Assembly: GCA_035221665.1 (NCBI GenBank)
Contig: CM069140.1
Span: 68,882,001 to 68,946,000, forward strand
DNA length: 64,000 bases
Direction: 5' to 3'
Source: Okamejei kenojei
Taxonomy: Eukaryota
Shown here in pieces: positions 50,701 through 62,344 of the stretch (the stretch's first letter is position 1; each line of letters starts with the position of its first letter). The notes beneath the pieces were generated by a model. That model was not told the origin of the DNA, made no database searches, and worked only from the letters and a program-made list of their open reading frames with translations. The position numbers and the translations under genes were made by a program.

Positions 50701-53700
50701 CCTAATGTTTACAATTAATAGAACAGACTGCATAAAAGGATGAACTACGCTATAATTTTTGCTTGAAGTATTGTAAAAAATTCCAAATTGTTGCAAAGTG
50801 GTTGAATGTAGCAAAATCAGAGTAATAGTGGAAAATAATTTTACTTGATTAATGCATTTTCTATTGTAGCTACATAATAAAACAATTATATACTACTAGT
50901 TTAATTAATTTTACCAGAAAGTGGGAAGATGATTGATCCAGTTACTACTGAGTCAGAGAATCTAATTCGCTGGTGCTCTCTTGACAAAGACAAAATTGTA
51001 TCATGACGCTGGAAAAATGTGAAAAGCAAAATACATTTAGGTAAAACCCAAAACAACACTGAAAGAATGACTAAATATAAACAAATATCCAAAGGTTAAT
51101 TAAGTTTACTGTAACAATACACAAAATAATTTCCTGTAATTGTTAGATTTATCAAATATTTACTGAAAATTATATGAAAAAGTTCAGTTAAAATATTGAA
51201 GATGCAAGAGGTTGAAAATACTAGAACCTGGAGCAAAAGAAAAAAACTGCCAGAGGAATTCTGTTACAGGATTTTGACCTGAAATGTGGATCATCACTTT
51301 GCTTCCACGGACACTGCTTGGCCTGATAAATTCCTCCAGCAGTTTGTAGAAACAAGGAACTGCAGATGCTCTCTTACAAAAAAAAAGGCAAAATCAGATC
51401 AGGTAGCATCTGCAGAAAATGGATAGGTGATACATCAGGTCTGGATCCTTCCTCAGGCAGAGTCTAAAAAAGGATCCCGGTTGGAAGTGCCACCTCTCCA
51501 TGTTCTTCAGAGATGCTGCCTGACTTGTTTCTCCAAAATATTCCAAATTGAATTTAAACTGGAGGTGACTGCTTCTGTTACTCCAGCACTTTGTGTCCAC
51601 CAGCAGGTTGTTTTATGCACCAGCCAATATATTGTGGGAAGACCAAAAGCTTACATCTATTTTTTAGATGAACAATATATTTGAACAGTGTAGCACACAA
51701 AACAACAAGACGAGTCTGATGTTATTGGAAAAATTGGTCCAACTTCGATTCATTCACATAATTATGGTGCTACTTGGTTGTATTTTCTTTGTAAATTAAT
51801 TTAAACCTGAAATCTGGTTATATTTTTCTTCACAAGTTAACAGCATTCAGTTGCGATTCAGTTTTTTTATAGTTTACCGTAAATTATATTTTTATACTTG
51901 TTGGCCAGCAAAGCAAATACGCTAAAACCCAAGCCCCTTGGATTTGGGACCCCCACAGTCCACTTAAGATCATCACCAGATTGCTTAGGTAGTGTTGGAA
52001 TTATCTAATGGAACACCGTGCAAACTGTTTCAATAATACAGCATGGAAACTGGCCCTTCAGCACGCAGTCCATGCAGATCATCCGTTCACTCTTTCTCAT
52101 CCACTCCCTGACCATCAGGGGCAATTTACAGCGGCCAATTGACGTACAAATCTGCACGTTTTTGGGATGAAGGAGGAATCTGGAGCAGCCAGAGAAAACC
52201 AAGGCAGTCACAATCTCCATACAGACAGCACCCGTAGTCAGGATCGAACCCGAGTCTCTGGCGCTGTAAGGCCACTGCACTGTTGATAACCTCTTTTAAG
52301 GTTAATAAAGTGGCCAGAGAGAAGGTGTGTGTTTGGCGGACAGCATGCCCTGGGTTCCAGGCAGCAGAAGCTCATACACTCGTGTGTAAGAAGGAACTGC
52401 AGATGCTGGTTTAAACTGAAGATAGACACAAAAAGCTGGAGTAAGTTTCCTTCTCCGTCTCTCTCTATCCCTCCCCCATTCAAGTCGCATTCTCTCACTT
52501 CAGGTAGCCCCGGCTTTCCTCTCTTTCTATCTCTCTCCCACCCAAGTCGCACTAGCTTCTCGTTTTCACCCTACAAACATTAACAATGGCCTGTTTCCTT
52601 TATCATCGTTACCTTTCGGCATATCTTTCATTAATTGTTCTTTATCACAGTACATCATCATCTATATCTCTCGTTTCCCTTATCCCTAATCAGTCTGAAG
52701 GGTCTCGACCCGAAACATCACCCATTCTTTCTCTCCAGAGATGCTGCCTGTCCCGCTGAGCTTTCTGGGTCTCTCATCAGACTCATCTTGTCGTTTTCTG
52801 TGCTAGTTTTCAAATATACTGTATATTCCAGCATTGTGTGTCTATCTTCGGTATAAACCAGCATCTGCAGTTCCTTCCTACACTCAGTTTATAAGCAATA
52901 GTTCTTCACAATATTCTGGCTCATGTCATGTGCAGGAAGAAACTGCAGATGCTGGTTTAAACCGAAGATAGACACAAAAAGCTTGATAGGGGACGATCAG
53001 CCATGATCACAATGAATGTGAATAATAAGTCAATAAGTCTAGCAAACTTCGCTCCTTAGATGCTGCTGCACCCGCTGAGTTTCTCCAGCTTTTTGTGTAA
53101 CCCTAGCAAACTTAAGTGTTGTTTTGGGTTTTACCTAAATGTATTTTGCTTTTCACATTCATGATACAATTTTGTCTTTGTGCTGGCTCGAAGGGCCAAA
53201 TGGCCTCCTCCTGCACCTACGTTTCTAAACTCAGCGGGCGAGGCAGCATCTCTGGAGAGGAGGAGTGGGAGAGGCTGCGGATCGAGATCCTTCTTCAGAC
53301 TGAGAGTCAGGGGGAAGAGTAAACGAGAGATATAGACGGTGATATCTGGAGAGAAGGTACACAAAAGTGCTGGAGAAACTCAGCGGGTGCAGCAACAACT
53401 ATGGAGCGAGGGAAATAAACAACGTTTCGGGCCGAAACCCCTCTTCAGATATCTGGAGAGATATGGAATAAATTAATTAAAGATATGCATAAAAACTCAA
53501 AACGGCTGAAAAGGACACAAAGTGCTGGAGTTAGTCAGCAGGTCTGCGGCGATCTAGCGGGATAGGAGGCCGCCTGTCCACAGCAAAGATCCTATAGCTA
53601 TAATCCACAGCACCCTGTCTGGGCGGTGGCACCGGGCGCCGCCGCCGCCGCCATTCGGCCTCCGCGCTCCCTCCCACCTGCAGGGCGGCGCTGACGATGG

Positions 53701-53719
53701 CGGCTCCACTCGTCGCCAT
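35599..53719 (-). CDS. C1orf146: C1orf146/SPO16 (SCRE), meiotic ZZS-complex partner of SHOC1; 5 coding exons, 510 nt = 169 aa + stop
   Basis: Joined exons are in frame with GT-AG introns. RFSDSV..GSIIF.LSGVAF, IE.FV.IH.NSFL, FLG.NL.I.P.HNT and AQIIE.SPVW match human C1orf146 as recalled. Tail-to-tail synteny with GLMN. Confidence 0.93.
36053..36131 (-). CDS. C1orf146: C1orf146 exon 4 ([26 protein letters not shown])
   Basis: tttag|A...AAG|gtaagt, 79 nt. Confidence 0.93.
36240..37100 (+). mobile_element. CpG-rich non-autonomous retroposon with Rex1/Babar-like 3' end
   Basis: 3' hairpin TTCAGACC-GCAA-GGTCTGAA, then TGACAATTAAG and a (CCAAGT)n tail; candidate TSD GTAATA (36234-36239, 37101-37106). 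Confidence 0.7.
38083..38254 (-). CDS. C1orf146: C1orf146 exon 3 (GVAFIIIG...[25 protein letters not shown]...IQL)
   Basis: cacag|GT...AAG|gtactt, 172 nt. Confidence 0.93.
40700..41200 (-). mobile_element. CR1 3' fragment, near-identical to 8914-9410
   Basis: Same (TTATATGG)n tail and ORF 40781..41167. Confidence 0.9.
41675..41702 (-). ncRNA. Minimal hammerhead-ribozyme-like core in the PLE 3' pLTR
   Basis: CUGAAGA-A-GGGUC-UC-GACCC-GAAAC-GUC. Confidence 0.7.
41939..45478 (-). pseudogene. PLE RT/GIY-YIG polyprotein (~1180 aa) broken by two small deletions (~43237, ~42087)
   Basis: ORFs 43196..45478 and 41965..43458 join if 2 nt are restored (per the copy at 13078-13095). A further 1-nt restoration gives the C-terminus ...[10 protein letters not shown] seen at 57130-57169. 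Confidence 0.85.
45613..45640 (-). ncRNA. Minimal hammerhead-ribozyme-like core in the PLE 5' pLTR
   Basis: Same core sequence. Confidence 0.7.
45818..45845 (-). ncRNA. Second hammerhead-like core in the 5' pLTR (inside a 95-bp self-insertion)
   Basis: Same core sequence. Confidence 0.7.
46048..50305 (-). mobile_element. 5'-truncated Rex1/Babar LINE (46048-46549 and 49666-50305), split by a nested element
   Basis: [31 protein letters not shown]; reading frame [23 protein letters not shown] is continuous across the insertion. Confidence 0.88.
46550..49665 (+). mobile_element. Near full-length Rex1/Babar LINE (APE + RT, frameshifted)
   Basis: [47 protein letters not shown]; (ATTGA)n tail. 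Confidence 0.92.
50915..51008 (-). CDS. C1orf146: C1orf146 exon 2 ([31 protein letters not shown])
   Basis: ttccag|CGT...TCTG|gtaaaa, 94 nt. Confidence 0.93.
52035..52285 (-). mobile_element. tRNA-derived V-SINE
   Basis: Minus-strand GGGTTCGATCCTGACTACGGGTGCTGTCTGTATGGAG. Confidence 0.75.
52385..53530. mobile_element. Cluster of Penelope pLTR fragments in both orientations plus a split CR1 3' end
   Basis: Repeated AAGGAACTGCAGATGCTGG / CAAAAAGCTGGAG modules; hammerhead-like variant at 53421-53448. Confidence 0.8.
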
Positions 53720-53980
53720 GACACCGGCCAGCATCCCGACCTCACGCCCCATGTACGGGCCCCGCCCACCGTACAATGCCACGCCCACTTTACGAGGCCC
53801 CGCCCATCGTACAAGCCCCGCCCATCGTACACGTTCCGCCCACTGTACACGGCCCCGCCCCATGTATGGGCCCCGCCCACCGTACAATGCCACGCCCACT
53901 GCACGAGGCCCCGCTCGCTGCACGAGGCCCCGCCCGCTGCACGAGGCCCCGCCCACTGTATAAGGTCCCGCCCCCATGAG
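53540..53980 (-). promoter_or_regulatory. CpG island / putative C1orf146 promoter with tandem GC boxes
   Basis: CpG-rich island spanning exon 1; about 12 CCCCGCCC/CCACGCCC-like motifs at ~19-20 bp spacing in 53745-53975. Confidence 0.7.
53678..53719 (-). CDS. C1orf146: C1orf146 first coding exon ([14 protein letters not shown]); in-frame upstream ATGs at 53734 and 53752 are alternatives
   Basis: gtcATGG Kozak context; CAG|gtggga donor with phase 0 matching the next exon; AIVSAALQ resembles human IIISSSLK; lies in a CpG island. Confidence 0.75.
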
Positions 53981-53994
53981 AACAAATAGTAATT

Positions 53995-54160
53995 AAGTCA
54001 TTTTTATTTATATAGCACTTTTAAATCAACTCACGTTGAAGCCAAAGTGCTATACAGAGATTAAAAAAAATAGTTTCATATAGTTTTATAGTTTCAAAAA
54101 TCCATATAAAATTAAAAAAAAGAAAAATAAAGACACAATACACTATAGGATTCAACATTT
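53995..54160 (-). mobile_element. L2-like LINE/SINE 3' end
   Basis: TTTATTTATATAGCACTTT...CAAAGTGCTATACA stem-loop signature. Confidence 0.55.
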
Positions 54161-55585
54161 GAAAGCAAATAGAACTGAGGTTGCTCATGGTCCCAAAGGC
54201 ACACTCACTGATATTTAAGTCACTTAATCCTTCCCAATTTCAAACATTGTCCTTCCAAAAAGAAGAAAAATAAAGACACAATACACTATAGGATTCAACA
54301 TGAACGCCCACCCAACAAATAGTACAATTGCAATTTGCATTAATCAATTAAACATGCTGGTCAAATTAGATACACATAGATTTAAAAAAAAACTTGTGCC
54401 TCTGATGTAGAAAAGCAATCTTCAATTTTAATTTTTGGTAAAACGACTCAAGTCACCTGTGAAGTGTGCAAATTAATGTCCATTGATCTTGGATGAGATT
54501 GTCAGAGGCCAGTCTTGTAACAGGAGTAAGAAAAGCGCAAAACATATTTTTTTTAAAAGCTGGTGTTTCTCCAGAAAATAACTGGCTGACATTTTCTCCC
54601 AACAATGAGCAAAGTAAATGCAAATCCATTGCCATGCTTCTCCAATTAAAAAAAGCAAGGTACTTGTGTGAGGGTGATAAAATGAATTTTAGCTTTTATA
54701 CAAATAGAATTTATGTTTAATTTCAGATGGTATTTATTTCACCTGTTACTTAATTTCCCATTTATTTGAAGTAGAATATAAATGTATTGTGAAAATTGGA
54801 AAAAATGAAATAAAATAACATCCACACAGAAGATGGAAACCATGAAAGTCCTATCGAACTTATTTCCACATACCTCGACTCCATCCTACCTCCCCGGTCA
54901 AATCTCTCCCTACCTATGTCCAAGACACCTCACACGCTCTTCGTCTCCTCCCTGACTTCTTTTTTCCAGGCCCCCATTACCTCATCTTCACCATGAATGT
55001 CCAGTCACTCTACACCTACATCCTCATCATGAGGGTCTCAAAGTCCTCCGTTTCTTCCTCGACCGCAGAACCAACCAATCCCCGTCTACAAATACTCTCT
55101 TTTGCCTAGCAGTGCTGGTCCTTACCCTCAACAACTTTTCCTTTGACTCCTTCGATTTTCTCCAAATCCAAGGCGTAGCTATGGGCACACGCATGGGCCC
55201 CAGCTATTCCTGCCTCTTTGTAGGGTACGTCGAACAATCCTTGTTCGAGGCGTACCATGGCTCTATCCCCAAACTCTACCTCCACTACATTGATGACTGC
55301 ATTGGTGCTACCTCCTGCACCCATGCAGAACTCACTGACTTCATCCATTTCACCACTAACTTCCATGCGACACTCAAATTCACCTGGACCATTTCCGACA
55401 TCTCCCTTCCATTTCTAGACCTCTATCTCCACCGCAGGTAACAGACTACTGACTGACATCTACTATAAACCCATCGACTCCCATGGCTATCTGGACTACA
55501 ATTCTTCCCACCCTGCTTCCTGTAAGGACTCCATCGCCTATTCCCAATTCCTCTGTTTACGTCGCATCTGCACCCAGGACGAGGT

Positions 55586-55792
55586 TGTAGATGATATTTG
55601 TGTACACCTTTAATAGTAGTGACGAAGCCCTTGGTAACCACTCCCCCACCAGCCAGTATAATTGTGACCTTCCCACCCTTAGCTCTCTCTCTAGTGTCCG
55701 TGACAGACCACGTACAGCTAGGGCAGTGATGTGTATGTACGTTTAATAAAGTAGTGGAAAAAATTCATCTGTGTATGCCTGTACTCTTTACA
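55586..55792 (+). repeat. 5' LTR (207 bp)
   Basis: Direct repeat of 62142-62344; by eye about 10 substitutions and 2 small indels. Confidence 0.93.
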
Positions 55793-56717
55793 TGGCGTCA
55801 GAAGTTTGTTCTCCTGCGTCTCCTGTCTATCGGGTTTTATTTCTTTAGTCCCAGTACCCCCTCCCTGTGTCGCAATGCCTTCTGCTTGTCGTAAACCTGA
55901 CATCCTGATCTTTGATACCGACATAACTCACCGCTGAAACGTTTTCCAACGCGACTTTGAGCACTACGTTACCATCGCCTATCCTGCCGTTGCCCCTGCG
56001 GTCAAAGCCTCCCTCTTGCTCAACTTGGCCGGTCCCGAAGCTCTGGAACGATCGGAGTCGTTCGTCTATGGGCTCAACGAGAACGCTCAGGACCCGGTAC
56101 GTCTACTTGCAAAGTTTACACAGTTGTGTGACATTCCTACTAACTGAATCCTGGAGCATTTCAAACTTTTCGGTCGCCGCCAAAACCCGGGGGAATCAGT
56201 TGACAATTTTGTCGCCGCGCTGCAGCAACTGGCTCGCCGCTGCGACCTGCATGTTTTAACCCGAGACTTTAACCCAGGACATTTTAGTCTATGGACTACG
56301 GGATGAAAAGCTGCAGTCTGAGCTACTTCAGAAGCCTGATCTGACTTTTAATGAGGTGTTGCATGCCTCTCCCCTGGCAGAGGCCGTCTCCTCCGCTGTG
56401 CTGTCGCCTGATCATGAGGTCCACGCGGCCAGTTTTTGGCCGGACGCCAATACTATGCTCCTCAGCGACAGAGGGTCAGCCCTGCGCCAGGGTCCAGACC
56501 GTGTCAACGATGCTCGAATTGCAACTTTGCTTCGCACCGCTCTAATGTTTGCCCTGCGCTGGGAAGAACCTGTAATTTCTGCCACAAGCCTAACCACTTC
56601 TCGGCGGCATGCCGTTCCCGTTGGAAACCTGCACAGCCACAGCAGAAGCCCTCTCACTACCTGACACGTGATGATACGGCGCCTGGTTCCCATCACCAGC
56701 ATGAAGAACTCTCTCTG

Positions 56718-57520
56718 GGGTTACACAAAAAGCTGGAGAAACTCAGCGGGTGCAGCAGCATCTAAGGAGCGAAGGAGATAGGCGACGTTTCGGGTCGAGA
56801 CCCTTCTTCAGACTGGTCAGGGATCAGGGAAACGAGAGATATAGACGGTGATGTGGAGAGATGCCAGATGCCAGATGATCAACCTCATCTACTGCATCCG
56901 CTGCTCCAGATGCCAGATGATCTATTTCCGTGAGACCAAGCGGAGGCTTGGCGATCGTTTCGCCGAACACCTCCGCTCGGTCCGCAAAAACCAACCCGAC
57001 CTCCCGGTCGCTCAGCACTTCAACTCCCCCTCCCATTCCGTATCCGACCTCTCGGTCCTGGGCCTCCTCCATGGCCAGATACCGCAAGTTGGAGGAACAG
57101 CACCTCATATTCCGCTTGGGGAGTCTGCATCCTTTGGGCTTGAACATTGAATTTTCTCAATTCTGTTAATCCTTGCTGTCTCCTCCCCTTCCCACCTCTC
57201 CCTCAGCCCTCGGGCCCTGGCATTCCCTCTATCTCTATCTCCCTCCCCCACCCTAGTCGCACTAGCTTCTCATTTTCACACCACAAACAGCTTACAATGG
57301 CTTGTTCCCTTTATCATCGATAATTTTTTGCGTATCTTTCACTCTCCACATCACCGTCTATATCTCTCGTTTCCCTGATCCCTGACCAGTCTGAAGAAGG
57401 GTCTCGACCCGAAACGTCGCCTATCTCCTTCGCTCCTTAGATGCTGCTGCACCCGCAGAGTTTCTCCAGCTTTTTGTGTAACCCTCGATTCTCCAGCATC
57501 TGCAGTTTCTTCGTTAACAC
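56718..57520. mobile_element. Short Penelope insertion with inverted pLTR, between Gypsy gag and protease
   Basis: 16-bp TSD TGAAGAACTC[T/C]CTCTG (56702-56717, 57521-57536); hammerhead-like cores at 56784-56811 (-) and 57391-57418 (+). Confidence 0.9.
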
Positions 57521-59847
57521 TGAAGAACTCCCTCTGTCTGATTCGGGCTCTTCCCAGAGCGAGCTGAGTGTGTTTTCGCTGAAAAATGCACCTGCACTGA
57601 TAACGGACCCGACCGTGCGAGTCACTGTGAATGGCATCGCCTTCTCTGCTAAAGTCGACACGGGGGCTGCTGCCAACGTTATGTCAACAAGCCTTTTCAG
57701 GAAGATAAGAAATAATGAGCTCGTTACCACTGACCGCTCTGTTTTGCGTGCCTATGGGGGAGGCGTGCTCGTTCCCGTGGGGAAGGCCAGTCTCTACTGC
57801 AAGGTACTGAAGGCCTCTCAGCCCCTCTCTTTCTTTCTGCTAGACGGTAAATGTGACCCCCTGTTGGGCATTCGGGCCTGCCAAGACCTCGGATTGGTGA
57901 ACTTCCACCGTGACATTCGCCTGGTGCAGTCGCCCCTGGACCCGCTGGCCGAATACCCGGACCGTTTCGACACCAAGCTGGGAAAGCTTCCCTGCAGCTA
58001 CAAAATCGCCCTCAATCCTGACATCGAACCCGTCATCCGTCCTCCGCGATGTGTGTCCTTCGCGATGAAAGACAAAGTCGAGTCTACACTTCGTGATATG
58101 GTGTCCATGGGCATCCTGAAGGAGGTGAATGACCCCACCCGGTGGGTCTCTACCATGGTCGTCGCGGCGAAGAAGGATAAGAGTGAATTACGAATCTGCA
58201 TCAACCCAAAGGACCTGAACCTGGCCATCAAGCGCCCGCATTATCCCATGCGAACCGTTGAAGATGTTGCTGCACATGTCGGTCCTGCCACTGTGTTTTC
58301 GGTTCTCGCAAGAGCTCGTACTGGCAGATACCACTTGATGAACGGTCTTCATACCTGACAACATTCAGTACACCCTTCGGCAGGTTTCTCCACATGCTGT
58401 TCGGGATCAACTCTGCCAGTGAGGTGTTCCAAAGGAGAATGGAACAACTGTTTGCCGGGCTCCCGTGTGCCATCATTGTCGATGACATCCTAGTCAAAGG
58501 GAAGGACGTCGCTGAGCACGACCACAACCTCCGCCAGGTGCTGGAGCGAGCTCGGGAAGTCAACCTGAAGCTCAACAAAAAAAATGCCGGTTTCGTGTCC
58601 CTGAGGTCACCTACATGGGACACGTCTTCACAGCATCGGGGCTGAAGCCCGACCCGCAGAAGACAGCCGCTATATCCGAGATGCGTGCACCTGCTGGCGT
58701 GTCAGGCCTCCAGCGCTTCCTGGGCATGGTCAAATACCTGAGAAAGTTCATCCCCGACTTAAGCAAACTGAGCGCACCTCTGAGAGACCTGATAAAAAAG
58801 GACACTGCCTGGGCCTGGTTCCCGCAACACCAGAAAGCTTTTGACATTCTCAAATGTAAGTTGATCAGCACGCCAACGTTGAAGTATGTTGACCTCCAGC
58901 ACCCTATCGTTCTCACATGCGAAGCGTCTAAGTTTGGCCTCGGGGCCGCTTGCTTGCAGCTCCATGACGGAGTACAACTGCCCGTATCTCACGCATCCCG
59001 TACAATGACTCTCGCTGAACAGCGCTATGCCCAAATAGAAAAAGAATTGCTGGCTGTTGTCTTTGCCTGCTCAAAGTTCAAGGACTATATTCTGGGCACC
59101 TGCTTCACTATTGAGACGGACCATCAGCCTCTGGTTACTATCCTCAACGCCGATACACGTGGCCTCCTCTCGGCTTCAGTGCATGATGCTCCAGCTACAA
59201 CGGTTCACTTTTACCTTGGTTTATCGAAAAGGCAAGGACATGTTTGTTGCCGACACTATCTCGGGCGTCTCTCACATCCACAACCCGCCACTCCTACGAG
59301 GCGTCCGATTTGATAGTCCTAAACGTTAATTTCGTGCCCTCCAGTCAGATGAAGTCTCTGGCCCAGCACACGCCGGCTGACGCTTCGCTACAACAGCTGG
59401 CCGCTATTATCAAGCAGGGCTGGCCAGACCGCCATTCTTCCCTGCCGGCCGCGGCGGTGCCCTATTTTCTGGTTCGTAACGAGCTGGTTCTGCGTGATGG
59501 TGTGATTGTGAAGGGGCACAAGGTGGTGGTGCCCGCAGCACTTCGAGAACAATACTTTGAAACTGCCCATCGTGGCCATCCCGGGGCCGAAGCCACTCTT
59601 TCCATCACTCAGAGCCAGTTCTACTGGCCTGATATGGCTCGTTATTTCTGGGCCAGGTTTTCCTCGTGCTCTCCTTGCAACAGCCTCGCCCCGCAACAGC
59701 AGCAGCAGCCCCTCTGGCAGCAGCCTGCTCCCGACCTTCCCTGGTCTGCGCTGGCAACTGACATTTTCGAGTGGTGCGGAAAGCACTTTCTCGTGCTTGT
59801 CAACTTACTCCAGCTGGTTCGAGGTTGACCAGCTTCACTCCTTGTCT

Positions 59848-61510
59848 TAGAAACATAGAAACATAGAAATTAGGTGCAGGAGTAGGCCATTCAGCCCTTC
59901 GAGCCTGCACCGCCATTCAATATGATCATGGCTGATCATCCAACTCAGTATCCCGTACCTGCCTTCTCTCCATACCCTCTGATCCCCTTAGCCACAAGGG
60001 CCACATCCAACTCACTCTTAAATATAGCCAATGAACTGGCCTCAACTACCCTCTGTGGCAGAGAGTTCCAGAGACTCACCACTCTCTGTGTGAAGAAAGT
60101 CTTTCTCATCTCGGTCTTAAAGGATTTCCCCCTTATCCTTAAGCTGTGACCCCTTGTCCTGGACTTCCCCAACATCGGGAACAATCTTCCTGCATCTAGC
60201 CTGTCCAACCCCTTCCGAGATCCAGTCTTTCTTCATAAGACAGTCCTGACATCCCAGGAATCAGTCTGGTGAACCTTCTCTCTTTCCTGATTTGAGACCA
60301 AAACTGCACGCAATACTCCAGGTGTGGTCTCACCAAGACCCTGTACAACTGAAGTAGAACCTCCCTGCTCCTGTACTCAAATCCTTTTGCTATGAAAGCT
60401 AACATACCATTCGCTTTTTCACTGCCTGCTGCACCTGCATGCCTACTTTCAATGACTGGTGTACCATGACACCCAGGTCTCGCTGCATCTCCCTTTTCCC
60501 AATCGGCTTTAAATAATAGTCCGCTTTCCTGTTTTTGCCACCAAAGTGCATAACCTCACATTTATCCACATTATACTGCATCTGCCAAACATTTGCCACT
60601 CACCCAGCCTATCCAAGTCCGCAACACTGCCCCCCAGCTGCCCGCAAGTTGGAGATATTGCATCCGCAAACTTGGAGATATTGCCTTCAATTCCATCCAG
60701 ATCATGTAAATAGCTGGGGTCCCAGCACTGAGCCCTGCGGTACCCCACTAGTTACTGCCTTGCCATTGTGAAAAGGAACCCGTTTACTCCTACTCTTTGC
60801 TTCCTGTTTGCCAGCCAGTTCTCTATCCACATCAATACTGAACCCCTAATACCGTATGCTTTAAGTTTGTATACTAATCTCTTATGTGGGACCTTGTCGA
60901 AAGCCTTCTGGAAGTCCAGATATACCACATCCACTGGTTCTCCCTTATCCACGCTACTAGTTACATCCTCGAAAAATTCCACAAGATTCGTCAGACATGA
61001 TTTACCTTTTGTAAATCCATGCTGACTTTGTCCAATGATTTCACCACTTTCCAAATGTGCTGCTATCCCATCTTTAATAACTGACTCTAGCAGTCCCACT
61101 ACCGATGCTAACTGGTCTGTAATTCCCCGTTTTCTCTCTCCTCCTTCTTAAAAAGAGGGTTACATTTGCTACCCGCCAATCCTCAGGAACTACTCCAGAA
61201 TCTAAAGAGTTTTGATTATCACTAATGCATCCACTATTTCCTGAGCTACTTCCTTAAGTACTCTGGGATGCAGCCTATCTGGCCCTGGGGATTTATCGGC
61301 CTTTAATCTATTCAATTTACCCAACACCCACTTTCCCGACTGACCTGGATTTCACTCAATTCCTCCTTTGACCCACAGTCCCCTGCTATTTCAGGCAGAT
61401 TATTTATGTCTTCCTTAGTGAAGACGGAACCAAAGTAGTTTTCAATTGGTCCGCCATATCCTTGTTCCCCATGATCACTGCAAGGGACCTACATTTGTTT
61501 TAAACATTTG
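59848..61510 (-). mobile_element. CR1 fragment inserted in the Gypsy integrase
   Basis: AGAAACATAGAAACATAG tail; SQHGFTKGKSCLTNL and VYLDFQKAFDKVPH. Confidence 0.92.
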
Positions 61511-62141
61511 GTCAGTTTTTATGTTCCCTGCCAGTTTTCGAACAAACACCTTTGGTATCTATCCAGAATCTTCTTCTGTTCCCATCGACAAGTCCTGCCG
61601 TGTCCTCCGCAGTCCTCTTTCCTGGCCAGGACTCGTCCGTATCCCGCGGTCCCACCTCTGGCCACTCCAGGCTTGCCGTTGTTGTCGGCTCTGCTGGCTC
61701 CCCTCGTTCATACCTTGTCAACCACGGTGGCACGATCTACCGTAGATCTCGTCAACATCTCCGGCTCGTTAACGAGCACCGTCCTCCTCCAGCTGCTCTT
61801 TATGCCCCCCCCGTGCCGCATTCGTTGCCTCGCGCCATGCCCACCCTGCTTAGTCCTCCCTCTCGGCCCTCCACGGTGCATCCTCCCGCTACGCTTCCTG
61901 GTTCTCCGGCCTTCTCGCCTCCTCCCTCTCCGTCCTCTCCTCTGCCTCTGTCGCCCAGGAGTTCTCCTGTCCGTGGCTCCCCTTCTGCCCCGGCGACAGT
62001 CCGGACCCAGTCTGGTCGCCAGATCGTTATGGTGATTACGTGTGATTTTGCGTTCCTGTATTACAGCTGTTTACTTTCCCTTAGCGCATGAGACGTGGTC
62101 GCCCTGTCACTACTTGCTGTTTCGTTTTTATAGAGGAAGGA

Positions 62142-62344
62142 TGTAGATGATGTGTGTACACCTTTAATAGTAATGACGAAGCCCTTGCTAACCACTCCCC
62201 CACCAGCCAGTAATTGTGACCTTCCCACCCTTAGCTCTATCTCTAGTGTCCGTGACAGACCACGTACAGCTAGGGCAGTGATGTGTGTGTGCGTTTAATA
62301 AAGTAGTAGTAAAGATTCATCTGTGTACGCCTGTACTCTTTACA
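62142..62344 (+). repeat. 3' LTR (203 bp)
   Basis: Preceded by the PPT and followed by the TSD GAGGT. Confidence 0.93.

Larger units (their letters stand above)
55586..62344 (+). mobile_element. Gypsy/Ty3 LTR retrotransposon, Mag-like, decayed
   Basis: TG...CA LTRs at 55586-55792 and 62142-62344; 5-bp TSD GAGGT; PBS TGGCGTCAGAAGT (tRNA-Leu-like); PPT AGAGGAAGGA; gag double Zn knuckle, protease VDTGA, RT IVDD, RNase H YAQIEKE, integrase HHCC. Confidence 0.95.

Noticed and set aside
53745-53975. CRISPR-like periodicity
   Set aside because: Degenerate tandem units without unique spacers, in vertebrate DNA with no cas genes.
57441-58358. 305-aa ORF with an ATG start
   Set aside because: The start lies in an inserted PLE pLTR and the rest is frameshifted Gypsy pol; no sign of domestication.
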